A stretch of 64,000 nt of DNA, from IMG/VR virus record IMGVR_UViG_3300032227_000993; one strand, written 5' to 3'. The stretch comes from a virus (Duplodnaviria; Caudoviricetes). This document shows positions 30,045 through 38,390 of this stretch, piece by piece; position 1 is the first letter of the stretch; every line of letters begins with the position of its first letter. Both the position numbers and the translations under genes were made by a program. The notes under the pieces were generated by a model, which made no database searches, was not told the origin of the DNA, and was given only the letters and a program-made list of their open reading frames with translations.

Positions 30045-30310
30045 TCCTCTACAGCAATACTGTGCTGTTCCAGCGGAGCCCCCAATGGGCGCATTGACAA
30101 TAATGGTATGTGGAGAATCGTTAGATAACGAGACCTCGGCCTTCTTTGGCATTTACTCTTTTGTGTATCAACATCAATACACAATACCATATTGTCAACG
30201 AAGAGACGTTCCGACGGTCTCTTTCGAAACAGACAACAAAATCATTGTCTGGTGCGTGACTTAGATTTGTATTCCGGACAAGCCCGTCCGGCACTACTGT
30301 TATTCTATTA
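30045..30310 (-). ncRNA. Candidate highly structured 5' leader RNA upstream of the cell wall hydrolase
   Basis: At least six stems found by eye, including an 18-bp long-range helix (30094-30112 with 30180-30198); TAAGTA hexamer at 30318-30323. Confidence 0.6.
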
Positions 30311-30390
30311 CTAATAATACTTAGTGAGTTTTTACATTCATTGTATATTAAGTTAATGTTTTGTTAATTTTTTACCATAATATGCTACTA

Positions 30391-30972
30391 TTATCTATCT
30401 TCGGCCTTTAATGCGGCCCACATAGCGGTTTTTTCTTTAAGGTCAGCTTCTAACTTACGATATTGGTCGCCTACCTCTTTTAATTCTGTCCATTCTTTTT
30501 CTAATTCAGTGTTTGGAACTAGTATGTTTAATCTTTCTTCCAAGGCTTGTAGTGTGTCTACTAAACTTTTTCCGTTGATGTTGATGTCGGCATCTTTACC
30601 TTCAAGGTTTAACTTGCCGCCGGTTATGGTATTACTAGCCCAAGGGCTTCCGCCCCCAGTACCAGTGGTATATGTGTATCCAGATCCAGTACTAAGGTTG
30701 TTAGCGGAAATAGAAGTGTTGGCGTACCTGGGCGCCACTGTAACTGATGTTGGTGTGTAAGTAGCTGTAGCGGCTGGGCTACTGATAATTACTGTACCCG
30801 AACCTGCGTTAGGAGGTACTGCCCCGTAGCCTGGGTGTAAGGATCCAGACTTTATTGCTGGCAATGGTCCAGCGGTTATGGTTCCTGTGTAGTAGCCTGG
30901 GTCTTCTGTGGTCACAGTTTCTGTTCCGTCACAGTTGTAGCTAATGTCGTATTTTTTTTCCGTAAGATCCAT
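30391..30972 (-). CDS. Hypothetical low-complexity Thr/Gly-rich protein with C-terminal coiled coil
   Basis: ORF; KDADININGKSL...ERLNILVPN module. Confidence 0.6.
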   Translation of the reverse strand: MDLTEKKYDISYNCDGTETVTTEDPGYYTGTITAGPLPAIKSGSLHPGYGAVPPNAGSGTVIISSPAATATYTPTSVTVAPRYANTSISANNLSTGSGYTYTTGTGGGSPWASNTITGGKLNLEGKDADININGKSLVDTLQALEERLNILVPNTELEKEWTELKEVGDQYRKLEADLKEKTAMWAALKAEDR

Positions 30973-31118
30973 GTGCCATCTTTGTTATCAATCCATTCAA
31001 GTGTGTCGCCGACTTCCCAGCCGGCGGCTTCGCACACTTCATCGCCAAGATCCAAAATTAAGTCACCTGTTGCTGGATCCTTGACAATAGTTCTAGTCCA
31101 ATTACTTGGCTGTGGCAA
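30912..31118 (-). CDS. AbrB/MazE-like DNA-binding protein
   Basis: DPATGDLILDLGDEVCEAAGWEVGDTLEW swapped-hairpin pattern. Confidence 0.65.
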   Translation of the reverse strand: MPQPSNWTRTIVKDPATGDLILDLGDEVCEAAGWEVGDTLEWIDNKDGTWILRKKNTTLATTVTEQKL

Positions 31119-31293
31119 GTGCTTCTTTCTCAGCAGTAATTTCTTTACGACGCTCTTTGATGCCTTTGCTCATTTCTTGTAAGGCCTTGCGAGCACGGGC
31201 GGCTGCAGCTTTTACACCTTTGCCTGTAAACTTTTCGTTTTCTGCGATGTAATTATTAAATGCTGTTACGATTGCGTCATGTTGTTGTGACAT
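31102..31293 (-). CDS. Histone H1-like (Hc1-type) basic protein
   Basis: KFTGKGVKAAAARARKALQEMSKGIKERRKEI. Confidence 0.65.
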   Translation of the reverse strand: MSQQHDAIVTAFNNYIAENEKFTGKGVKAAAARARKALQEMSKGIKERRKEITAEKEALATAK

Positions 31294-31333
31294 TGTTATT
31301 TCCTTTATAATTAAAATGTGTACTACAAGTTTA

Positions 31334-31361
31334 ATTATACACGATTTTTATCGTATGTCAA
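31334..31361 (-). promoter_or_regulatory. Sigma70-type promoter
   Basis: TTGACA-N16-TATAAT. Confidence 0.65.
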
Positions 31362-31370
31362 ATTTTTAGG

Positions 31371-31613
31371 CTAGAACGAAATGTGTCGTTTTAGGTAAGT
31401 ATCCCATATTAGGATATTATCCCAAGATTGGTTCCAGGTAACCACAAAGATCATTAGTGTATTATGATCAAAGATGTGCATCTTGTTGTCGTCAACTCGA
31501 CATTGTATTGACTTACTGGTATTAGACCATTTTTGTAAGTGATTGCGGGCTTCTGTGTCCCGCATGATGATGGTGTACAATGGGTCACCATTCTTATATA
31601 TTGGCAAGGTCAT
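31371..31613 (-). CDS. Hypothetical protein
   Basis: ORF directly after upstream stop. Confidence 0.55.
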   Translation of the reverse strand: MTLPIYKNGDPLYTIIMRDTEARNHLQKWSNTSKSIQCRVDDNKMHIFDHNTLMIFVVTWNQSWDNILIWDTYLKRHISF

Positions 31614-31616
31614 TAA

Positions 31617-32375
31617 TTATTTACGCTCAATATCTTCTTCTCGGCAGTTGGTACCATATTGTATTTCTATTATGCGGCAAGGAGATCCAAATGGATTAGT
31701 TAACTGATGCCACGCGCCTACCTGTATTTTGTATTCTTGGTGTGTGCTTAATAGCATTGGCGGTAATTGGTATCCATCTTCGGTAATGGTATTAACTGCG
31801 CAGGCACCTTCCTCTACTATCCAGTACTCAGCTCGTTCATTGTGCTTTTGCATACTCAAGCTCTTACCTGAGTCTACTGTAAGTTCTTTAACTTTCATGC
31901 CAGGTGCTTCGTGTAGTACTCGATAGTAACCCCATTGACGTTCGGTCTTGGGTGCTTTCCATTCTTGTAAAATCCAACTGCTACTATTGGCCTTGTCCTC
32001 ACCGCCTACCCCAAATACAAATTCTACACCAGGTACACTCATTTCTGGAATGTTGTCTTGTGTACGATCACCGCCATTGGCAAAAATAATATGCGCCTCT
32101 GGATAATGAGCGCGAACCTGTTCCAACAAGTGACAAGCGGTACCGTCACTGTCATCAAAAGTGTAAACTTCTTCAACTGCGGCTAGATTGTTGACTACGC
32201 ATAAGCGTTCAGTCCAGGGCATGAAAGCACGGCCCTTTTTACGGGCCAGCCACTCGTCGCTGTTAATACCTACAATTAACATATCGCCCAGCAAACGTGC
32301 TTGTTTGATCAATTTAATGTGACCTGAGTGTAACGGATCGAATCCGCCACTACATACTACAATTTTTGTTTTCAT
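31617..32375 (-). CDS. Bifunctional cytidylyltransferase-like (HIGH) plus mannose-6-phosphate-isomerase-type cupin
   Basis: SGGFDPLHSGH, IFANGGDR; ERQWGYYRVL, SLSMQKHNERAEYW, WHQLTN, IIEIQYG. Confidence 0.85.
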   Translation of the reverse strand: MKTKIVVCSGGFDPLHSGHIKLIKQARLLGDMLIVGINSDEWLARKKGRAFMPWTERLCVVNNLAAVEEVYTFDDSDGTACHLLEQVRAHYPEAHIIFANGGDRTQDNIPEMSVPGVEFVFGVGGEDKANSSSWILQEWKAPKTERQWGYYRVLHEAPGMKVKELTVDSGKSLSMQKHNERAEYWIVEEGACAVNTITEDGYQLPPMLLSTHQEYKIQVGAWHQLTNPFGSPCRIIEIQYGTNCREEDIERK

Positions 32376-32617
32376 TAATGTATAATTTTATTAGGACTTT
32401 CGTCTGGTAAAGAATTTAGTGCTTTGATGTACTTAGTAAACTTTTCATCTAATTCAATGATGTCATCGTCTTGGTCGGCCGCTCTTTCATTGCTCACGCC
32501 AATCAATCGCATGAGTCCGCCCATATGGATGTAATTAATGCCGTGCTTTTGTAGCACCAACATAATCTCCATGATTAGTTTGCGAGCTTCCCACTCTAGA
32601 TCTTTATCATCTGCCAT
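32375..32617 (-). CDS. Hypothetical protein
   Basis: ATG 32617, 5 nt after TAAATT. Confidence 0.55.
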   Translation of the reverse strand: MADDKDLEWEARKLIMEIMLVLQKHGINYIHMGGLMRLIGVSNERAADQDDDIIELDEKFTKYIKALNSLPDESPNKIIH

Positions 32618-32657
32618 ACTATAATTTAGCACAGAAGATTTTAAAGATAAAAATTGG

Positions 32658-34073
32658 TCAGCGGGCCAGCAAGTCCGGTAGTACTAGTTTATGTACTGTA
32701 ACTGTAGATGTGGCCACTTGCTGTGGTTCTAGGGCTGTTACCTTGGGAGCATTAGCGTCACGCTCAAAGTTACCAGCTACTACTTCTAAGTCCTGTACCG
32801 TTAAGTTGCCGGCCAATTGCTTGAGCTTTAGTGTAGCGGCTAGGTAAGTGTATTTGGCCTGTGCTAAATCTTTCTGGGCTGTAACCAGGACTTTTTCAGC
32901 CAATAGTACATCAACTGAAATACGCTCACCGGCCTGTACACTTTTACGCATGGCCTTGGTTAATTCGCTACCGGATTCAACAGCACGTTCTAATGCTGCT
33001 ACCTTTTGACGGCTGGATACCACTAGGTCATATTGCCGACGTAATTCTGTAATCACACGACTGCGAACAGCTTCTGTATCAGCTTGTGCTTTTTCCCAAT
33101 TGGCATTGGCCTGTTTAGTTAGACCATATGTTTGTCCGCCGTTGCTCAATTGCCAAGTTGCTTGTACACCAACCATGGTGCTGTTGGCAGTTTGGTTAAT
33201 GGTAGAAACATAGTAAGAACTTTGTTGGTTGTATTGCGCAATAGCAGAGATGACCGGCGCATTGTTGCTTATCTGTTTGTTGTATTCTTGTTTGGCCGCT
33301 TCTTCGCTATTTTTGGCCGCAGCAATCTCTGCGTTGTTAGATAACGCTGTGTCTTGCCATTGGTCAAATGTCATTGCGACCGGAGAAACTTTAAAGTTTG
33401 TGCTTAATTTTTTAACTTCGGCAGCCGAGTTTAATTTAACACCCATCATTGCTTCTAGTTTACGACGAGCATTTTCTAAGTTGTCTTTGGCTTCGATAAC
33501 CTGTACATCAGCTAACTCAAAACTTGCCTTGGTTTCTAGCACTTCGGTCACTGTGCCATCACCGGCCCGAAGTCTACGTTCATTGATGGTCACTTGCTCT
33601 CGGTACGCATCACGTTGTGCTGTGTAGTAAGTAATTTGATCACGATAAAATAATACTTCTGTGTAGGCCTGTGTAGTACGCACCAATAACTCTTGTGAGT
33701 TGTGTACAAACTTGGACCGGGCCATGTCTGCTTGTGCGTAGCCTTGTTTGGCACTGGCCCAGGCATTCAAGTTGATCAATGCTTGTGTAAGTTGTACACC
33801 ACCGTTGGTACTTGGATAGGTCATGTTATTTGTTGAATAACCTGTTTGACTAATCCTAGTGGCGTTGCTTGCTTGATAAAAGTTAGCAGATATCTGTGGT
33901 AACAAACCAGCACGACCAATAATCTTGTTAGCATCTCCGGCTTCAAACTCTTTGGTCGCTACCTTGTATGCTGGATCGTTCACAAGGGCTAGGTCATATG
34001 CCTGCATCAAATCTAGGGCATTGGCATTAGACATTAGCAACGCGGTTGATACAGCTAACAGTGACTTCTTCAT
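32658..34073 (-). CDS. prtF: TolC-family type I secretion outer-membrane protein (PrtF/AprF-like)
   Basis: Signal peptide; LMQAYDLALVNDP, GRAGLLPQIS, two-repeat OEP pattern, GERISVDVLLAE. Confidence 0.92.
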   Translation of the reverse strand: MKKSLLAVSTALLMSNANALDLMQAYDLALVNDPAYKVATKEFEAGDANKIIGRAGLLPQISANFYQASNATRISQTGYSTNNMTYPSTNGGVQLTQALINLNAWASAKQGYAQADMARSKFVHNSQELLVRTTQAYTEVLFYRDQITYYTAQRDAYREQVTINERRLRAGDGTVTEVLETKASFELADVQVIEAKDNLENARRKLEAMMGVKLNSAAEVKKLSTNFKVSPVAMTFDQWQDTALSNNAEIAAAKNSEEAAKQEYNKQISNNAPVISAIAQYNQQSSYYVSTINQTANSTMVGVQATWQLSNGGQTYGLTKQANANWEKAQADTEAVRSRVITELRRQYDLVVSSRQKVAALERAVESGSELTKAMRKSVQAGERISVDVLLAEKVLVTAQKDLAQAKYTYLAATLKLKQLAGNLTVQDLEVVAGNFERDANAPKVTALEPQQVATSTVTVHKLVLPDLLAR

Positions 34074-34074
34074 A

Positions 34075-35073
34075 TTATTCCTCGCGTAGTGCTGAATGAG
34101 CACGGTCTACAACAGGTTTAAACAAATAGGATAATAATGTGCGTTCACCAGTTACCACAAACACTTCAGTTGGCATACCCGGACGTACTTGATTACTTGC
34201 TAATAACTTCTTACCAGCAGGAGTTACCTCTACTTGTATCTTGTAATAAGACATTCCTGACTTGGGATCTTGTGTAGTATTGGCCGCTACCCTAGTAACT
34301 GTTGCTGGAATACTAGGAGTGGTACTTTGATTAAATGCCGGAAACATTACTTCAACTGGAAGACCCTTGTGTACCTTGTCAATCATGTTGGTCGGCAAGT
34401 GTGCTTCTACTACCAAGGGCATATTTTGCGGGACCACTTCCATTACCTTGGTACCTGCTTGGATAACTGCGCCTGGATTGTACACTTCCAAATTGGCCAC
34501 TGTACCACTCACCGGAGCCTTGAGTTCTGCGTTGGCAAGATCAAAGTCACTAGCTGGTAGTTTGGCCTGTTCTTCGGCCAAGGCTGAACTGACCTGCGAA
34601 TAGTTGCGTTCTGCGTCAATCAACTTGTTGCGTGACATATAACCGTCTTTGGCCAGTTCACGATAACCTGCTAACTGTTCTTTGATCAAGACCAGTTGGC
34701 GTTGTTTACTAGCAATAGATTCACGGAGTGCTGTGTTCTGTGCTGTTTGCTGTGTAGCGTTCATACGAGCTAGGACTTGTCCTGCCACGACTTGGTCGCC
34801 TTCTTTGACCAGGATTTCTTTAACGATGCCGCCTTGTGCTGACTGGATAGTTTGACGATGACCGTCTGTGATGACTACGCCTGCGGCTGGTACACCTTTG
34901 TCTAACGGAGCAAGACCTGCCCACAGCATAAAGCCGCCAAATCCTACAGCTACAACCAACATACCAACACGAGCGTAATGTGTTTCATCTTGCTCGATAT
35001 CTTTGTTAACAGTAGCTTCTGCTACCACATTAAACTTGTGTTTGAGCCAGTTTTTAGATTGTGTTTTTAACAT
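34075..35073 (-). CDS. prtE: HlyD-family type I secretion membrane fusion protein (PrtE/AprE-like; short)
   Basis: N-terminal TM (FGGFMLWAGLAPLD), GGIVKEILVKEGDQV, LKAPVSGTV, RPGMPTEVFVVTGERTLLSYLFKP. Confidence 0.92.
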   Translation of the reverse strand: MLKTQSKNWLKHKFNVVAEATVNKDIEQDETHYARVGMLVVAVGFGGFMLWAGLAPLDKGVPAAGVVITDGHRQTIQSAQGGIVKEILVKEGDQVVAGQVLARMNATQQTAQNTALRESIASKQRQLVLIKEQLAGYRELAKDGYMSRNKLIDAERNYSQVSSALAEEQAKLPASDFDLANAELKAPVSGTVANLEVYNPGAVIQAGTKVMEVVPQNMPLVVEAHLPTNMIDKVHKGLPVEVMFPAFNQSTTPSIPATVTRVAANTTQDPKSGMSYYKIQVEVTPAGKKLLASNQVRPGMPTEVFVVTGERTLLSYLFKPVVDRAHSALREE

Positions 35074-35077
35074 ATTA

Positions 35078-36778
35078 TTACTCACTTGGTTGTGCCTCAC
35101 GGTTTAAATTCATAATGTCCGACAATACCTTGTCTGTGGTACCAAATGCTGTCATCATACCGCCGTGTAAGACCATTAGCTGTGTGGTCTCTTGGATAAT
35201 GTCCGGACGATGTGTGATCAATACAACTGTAGTGCCAGCCAAACGCAACTGTCTAATGGCGTTTGTCAAGGCTGACTCACCCACTTGGTCCAAGTTTGAA
35301 TTGGGTTCGTCTAGAACAACCAAAGCTGGATCATTGTAAAGAGCACGGGCCAGGGCTACACGTTGTTTCTCTCCGCCTGATAGACCTGTACCATCTACGC
35401 CAATTGTAGTATCGTAACCGTTGGGCATACGCAAGATCATATCGTGTACTCCAGCCAGTGTTGCGGCTTTAACTACTGCTTGAGAATCAATGTTGCCAAA
35501 CCTAGCAATGTTCTCACTGATAGTACCAGCAAATAGCTCAATGTCTTGTGGCAAGTAACCAATGTTGGGTCCTAACTCATCCTTGTTCCACTTGCTAATA
35601 TCCGCACCATCTAGTCGTACTGTACCAATTGTTGGAGCACCAATGCCTACCAACAACCTAGCTAATGTAGATTTACCTGCGCCCGACTGACCAATAATGC
35701 CCAAGCAATCACCTGCGTCAATACCAAAGTTCAAGTTCTTTAATACTGCAGCTGTGGTACCTACTGGCGCCGCTGTTACGCCTTCTACATTCAATCGACC
35801 TACGGGTTTAGGTAATGTCATGCCCGGCCTACGAGCTGGGTTTTTAGATAACAATAGATCCAGTCGCTTGTAGGCACTGACCACGCCAGCCCATTGACGC
35901 CATACTCCAATGATTTGTTCTACTGGGGCAAGTGTACGTCCCAACAAAATACTAGCAGCAATCATCATACCCGAAGTTACTTGGCCTTTGATCACTAGCC
36001 ATGCTGCTACACCAAGTATCAAACTCTGTGCCGCGGTGCGAACAAATTTGGTAACAGCCGCAATCTTGTGAGCTCGTTGGCTAGCAGTTTGTTGCAAGGA
36101 TAAAAACTTGCTGTGTTCACTGTACCAACGTTGGCGCATATTAGGTAACATACCCATGGCATCGATCACTTCTGCGTTACGCAACGTATTACCAGCCATG
36201 TTGGTAGATCTCACACTGGCATCACTTGCTTCAGTCAAGGCCTTGTGAGATACCAACTCGTTAATCCAAGCAAGACCTACCAGCAATATTGTACTCAGTA
36301 AAGCAAATACGCCTAGCCATGGATTAAAAATAAAGATAATAGCAAGATAAATTGGAAACCAAGGAGCGTCAAAAAACGCAAACACACCTGTGCCAGTTAC
36401 AAACTGCCTGATAGTGCTCAAGTCATTCAAGGCTTGTCCAGCATTTACTCCATCTTTGGTCAAGTTCTGTTCAAACGCCGCGGTGTAAACACGTTGATTT
36501 AATTCAACGTCTATCTTGGCACCTACTCGTAACACGACCATGCTGCGAAAATATTCAATAACAGAAGTTAGTGCGTAAAGACCTGCGGCCATCACAGTAA
36601 GCATGACCAATGTGTATTGATTATGACTTGCTAACACTCTATCATAAACTTCCATCATGTACATGGATGGAACCAAAAGCAAAATGTTAATTACCACAGT
36701 AAAGATACCGATAGCATAAAACACCTGCTTGAATTTGTAAAGTGTTTGAACTATTTCGTTTTGATTATTTTCGCGCAT
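35078..36778 (-). CDS. prtD: PrtD/AprD-family type I secretion ABC transporter
   Basis: SMYMMEVYDRVL, FFDAPWFP, Walker A GQSGAGKST, YLPQD, LSGGEKQR, LDEPNSNLD, ITHR. Confidence 0.95.
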   Translation of the reverse strand: MRENNQNEIVQTLYKFKQVFYAIGIFTVVINILLLVPSMYMMEVYDRVLASHNQYTLVMLTVMAAGLYALTSVIEYFRSMVVLRVGAKIDVELNQRVYTAAFEQNLTKDGVNAGQALNDLSTIRQFVTGTGVFAFFDAPWFPIYLAIIFIFNPWLGVFALLSTILLVGLAWINELVSHKALTEASDASVRSTNMAGNTLRNAEVIDAMGMLPNMRQRWYSEHSKFLSLQQTASQRAHKIAAVTKFVRTAAQSLILGVAAWLVIKGQVTSGMMIAASILLGRTLAPVEQIIGVWRQWAGVVSAYKRLDLLLSKNPARRPGMTLPKPVGRLNVEGVTAAPVGTTAAVLKNLNFGIDAGDCLGIIGQSGAGKSTLARLLVGIGAPTIGTVRLDGADISKWNKDELGPNIGYLPQDIELFAGTISENIARFGNIDSQAVVKAATLAGVHDMILRMPNGYDTTIGVDGTGLSGGEKQRVALARALYNDPALVVLDEPNSNLDQVGESALTNAIRQLRLAGTTVVLITHRPDIIQETTQLMVLHGGMMTAFGTTDKVLSDIMNLNREAQPSE

Positions 36779-36790
36779 GATTGTCTTCTA

Positions 36791-37882
36791 TTAAAGAGCA
36801 TTAAGGGTAGCGGCAATTTGTCCTGACACTGGACTAGACCATAAGTCAACACCCAATCTGGCCATTTGCTGATAGCCGGGACCACTGGTAACATACCAAG
36901 GATCATATTCACCAATGGTAACACCCTTGACTCCAGCATTTTTTGACACATTGACAAAGGCCTGATAAGCCATTACCTGCTCTTGATGATTGGTTTGTAT
37001 GCTATTGAGCGCACCTGGGTTAGAAAGGAATAACTGCCATGCTGATGTGCCTGTGCCTACGCCGGCTTGTGCTTCATCGTTGTAGTGGGCAATAAATGTT
37101 TTGTTACCATAAGCATCGGCCATATTTTTTAACAGTTGTGCGTGACCTGTAGCGTTCCAACCTGCTTCGATTTGTGCCACACTAGTGCCGGTACCGATGG
37201 GTGGTTTGACTTGATAATCTACAATATTGACCATGCCAAACACTGAGTTATTGTAAAATGCTTCGTAGCCAACTGGTCCGCTGTAGGCAGATTTAACTGC
37301 GGCGATCACTGGGGCAAAATATGCTTGAGCATTGGCACCAGTATCAAATCCCAAGTTATTACTGCCAACAAAAAAGCCATCTACCTTGTGTGCTTGTGCT
37401 TGTGCCGCAAGACCTTTGTCATAAGCCGCTACGTTGGCCCATACTTGGCTGGCACTAACCCCGGCAGCCAACGGTGAGCTTGAAGTAAACGCAGGGTCAG
37501 CTGCGTTGACTGATCCGTCTGGGTTAACACCAATGTCCACACTGGCCTTGATGTAAACTTTAAGACCAATATTTTTAGCATAGTCTACAATAGACCAAAA
37601 GTCTTTTGGTAACGGATGGCCAGCACTATCAATGCTGCCATCTTTGGCGTTGACGGAAACCTGAGCGGCCATGGTCACAGTATTGTACCCTTCGGCCTTT
37701 AGCTGTGCCAACTTTGGGTTGATGTTACCGGCTGTATTGGCTCCGCCCATTTCGTAACGTATATCTAAGTAAGTATTTTTAATTGCCATTCCTGGACTCC
37801 CTGTTTGAGGACCGGCCGAAGAACCTCCGCCGCTGCTACCACCCCCAAAAAGACTTCCAAAGAAATCAAAAAAACCGGACAT
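36791..37882 (-). CDS. Putative T1SS cargo: GH113/clan GH-A-like TIM-barrel protein, apparently non-catalytic
   Basis: LKAEGYNTVTM, IVDYAKNIGLKVYIK, AQAHKVDGFFVGSN, VIAAVKSAYSGPVGY follow GH113 order; 13 nt upstream of prtD. Confidence 0.55.
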   Translation of the reverse strand: MSGFFDFFGSLFGGGSSGGGSSAGPQTGSPGMAIKNTYLDIRYEMGGANTAGNINPKLAQLKAEGYNTVTMAAQVSVNAKDGSIDSAGHPLPKDFWSIVDYAKNIGLKVYIKASVDIGVNPDGSVNAADPAFTSSSPLAAGVSASQVWANVAAYDKGLAAQAQAHKVDGFFVGSNNLGFDTGANAQAYFAPVIAAVKSAYSGPVGYEAFYNNSVFGMVNIVDYQVKPPIGTGTSVAQIEAGWNATGHAQLLKNMADAYGNKTFIAHYNDEAQAGVGTGTSAWQLFLSNPGALNSIQTNHQEQVMAYQAFVNVSKNAGVKGVTIGEYDPWYVTSGPGYQQMARLGVDLWSSPVSGQIAATLNAL

Positions 37883-37902
37883 GATAGTTCCTTCATTGTT
37901 TG

Positions 37903-37927
37903 AAACGGGGGCCTAAGCCCCCTGTTT
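37903..37927 (-). terminator. GC hairpin (weak terminator or mRNA stabiliser) at the head of the T1SS operon
   Basis: GGGGGC-CTAA-GCCCCC with only a short U-tract. Confidence 0.55.
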
Positions 37928-37928
37928 G

Positions 37929-38261
37929 TTAAGCTGCAACCTTGGCTTTTGCTTTGGTTGCTACCTTGGCACCTGCGACTTTGATTTCGCCTTTCTTAGC
38001 GATCTTGGTCTTTTCTGCTAGTTTAGCAGATACTGCGTAACCTGCGTCACCTAAGGTAAATGCTTCACCTTGGGCTTGTAGATACTGTAGTGCCTCGAGC
38101 TTGGTCATTGGCTGTGGAAGCTCAATGAGATTGATGTTAGTACAATTATTTTTGTTAAGGATCTTGATACGAGCTACCAAGTCATTAGCAAAACGAGCCT
38201 TGACTGTACCGTCAGGGTTAGTTGCTGTACCTGCTACTGTAAACATTTTTTCTGATGCCAT
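37929..38261 (-). CDS. Hypothetical basic phage protein
   Basis: ORF with Lys/Ala-rich tail, downstream of a sigma70 promoter. Confidence 0.65.
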   Translation of the reverse strand: MASEKMFTVAGTATNPDGTVKARFANDLVARIKILNKNNCTNINLIELPQPMTKLEALQYLQAQGEAFTLGDAGYAVSAKLAEKTKIAKKGEIKVAGAKVATKAKAKVAA

Positions 38262-38328
38262 TTTGTGTTGCCTTTCTAAGTTGCCTATTAAGTTGATTTA
38301 AACTGCCTTTACTACAAACTACACCACT

Positions 38329-38357
38329 ATTGTAGCTGAATTCGATTATGATGTCAA
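38329..38357 (-). promoter_or_regulatory. Sigma70-type promoter
   Basis: TTGACA-N17-TACAAT. Confidence 0.8.
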
Positions 38358-38390
38358 CCACTTTAGTTCTTTTGGTTATCCAAACCGACC

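Noticed and set aside
29355-30152. 38-aa N-terminal extension of the cell wall hydrolase given in the ORF track
   Set aside because: The downstream ATG 30038 has a strong GAGGA RBS and begins a clean signal peptide; the extension lies inside the structured leader.
30200-30262. Resemblance to a c-di-GMP-I riboswitch (GUCACGCAC...UUCGAAAGAG on the minus strand)
   Set aside because: The conserved GCAAACC and GGGACGCAAAGCC segments and the P2 architecture are missing; kept only as an unassigned structured leader.
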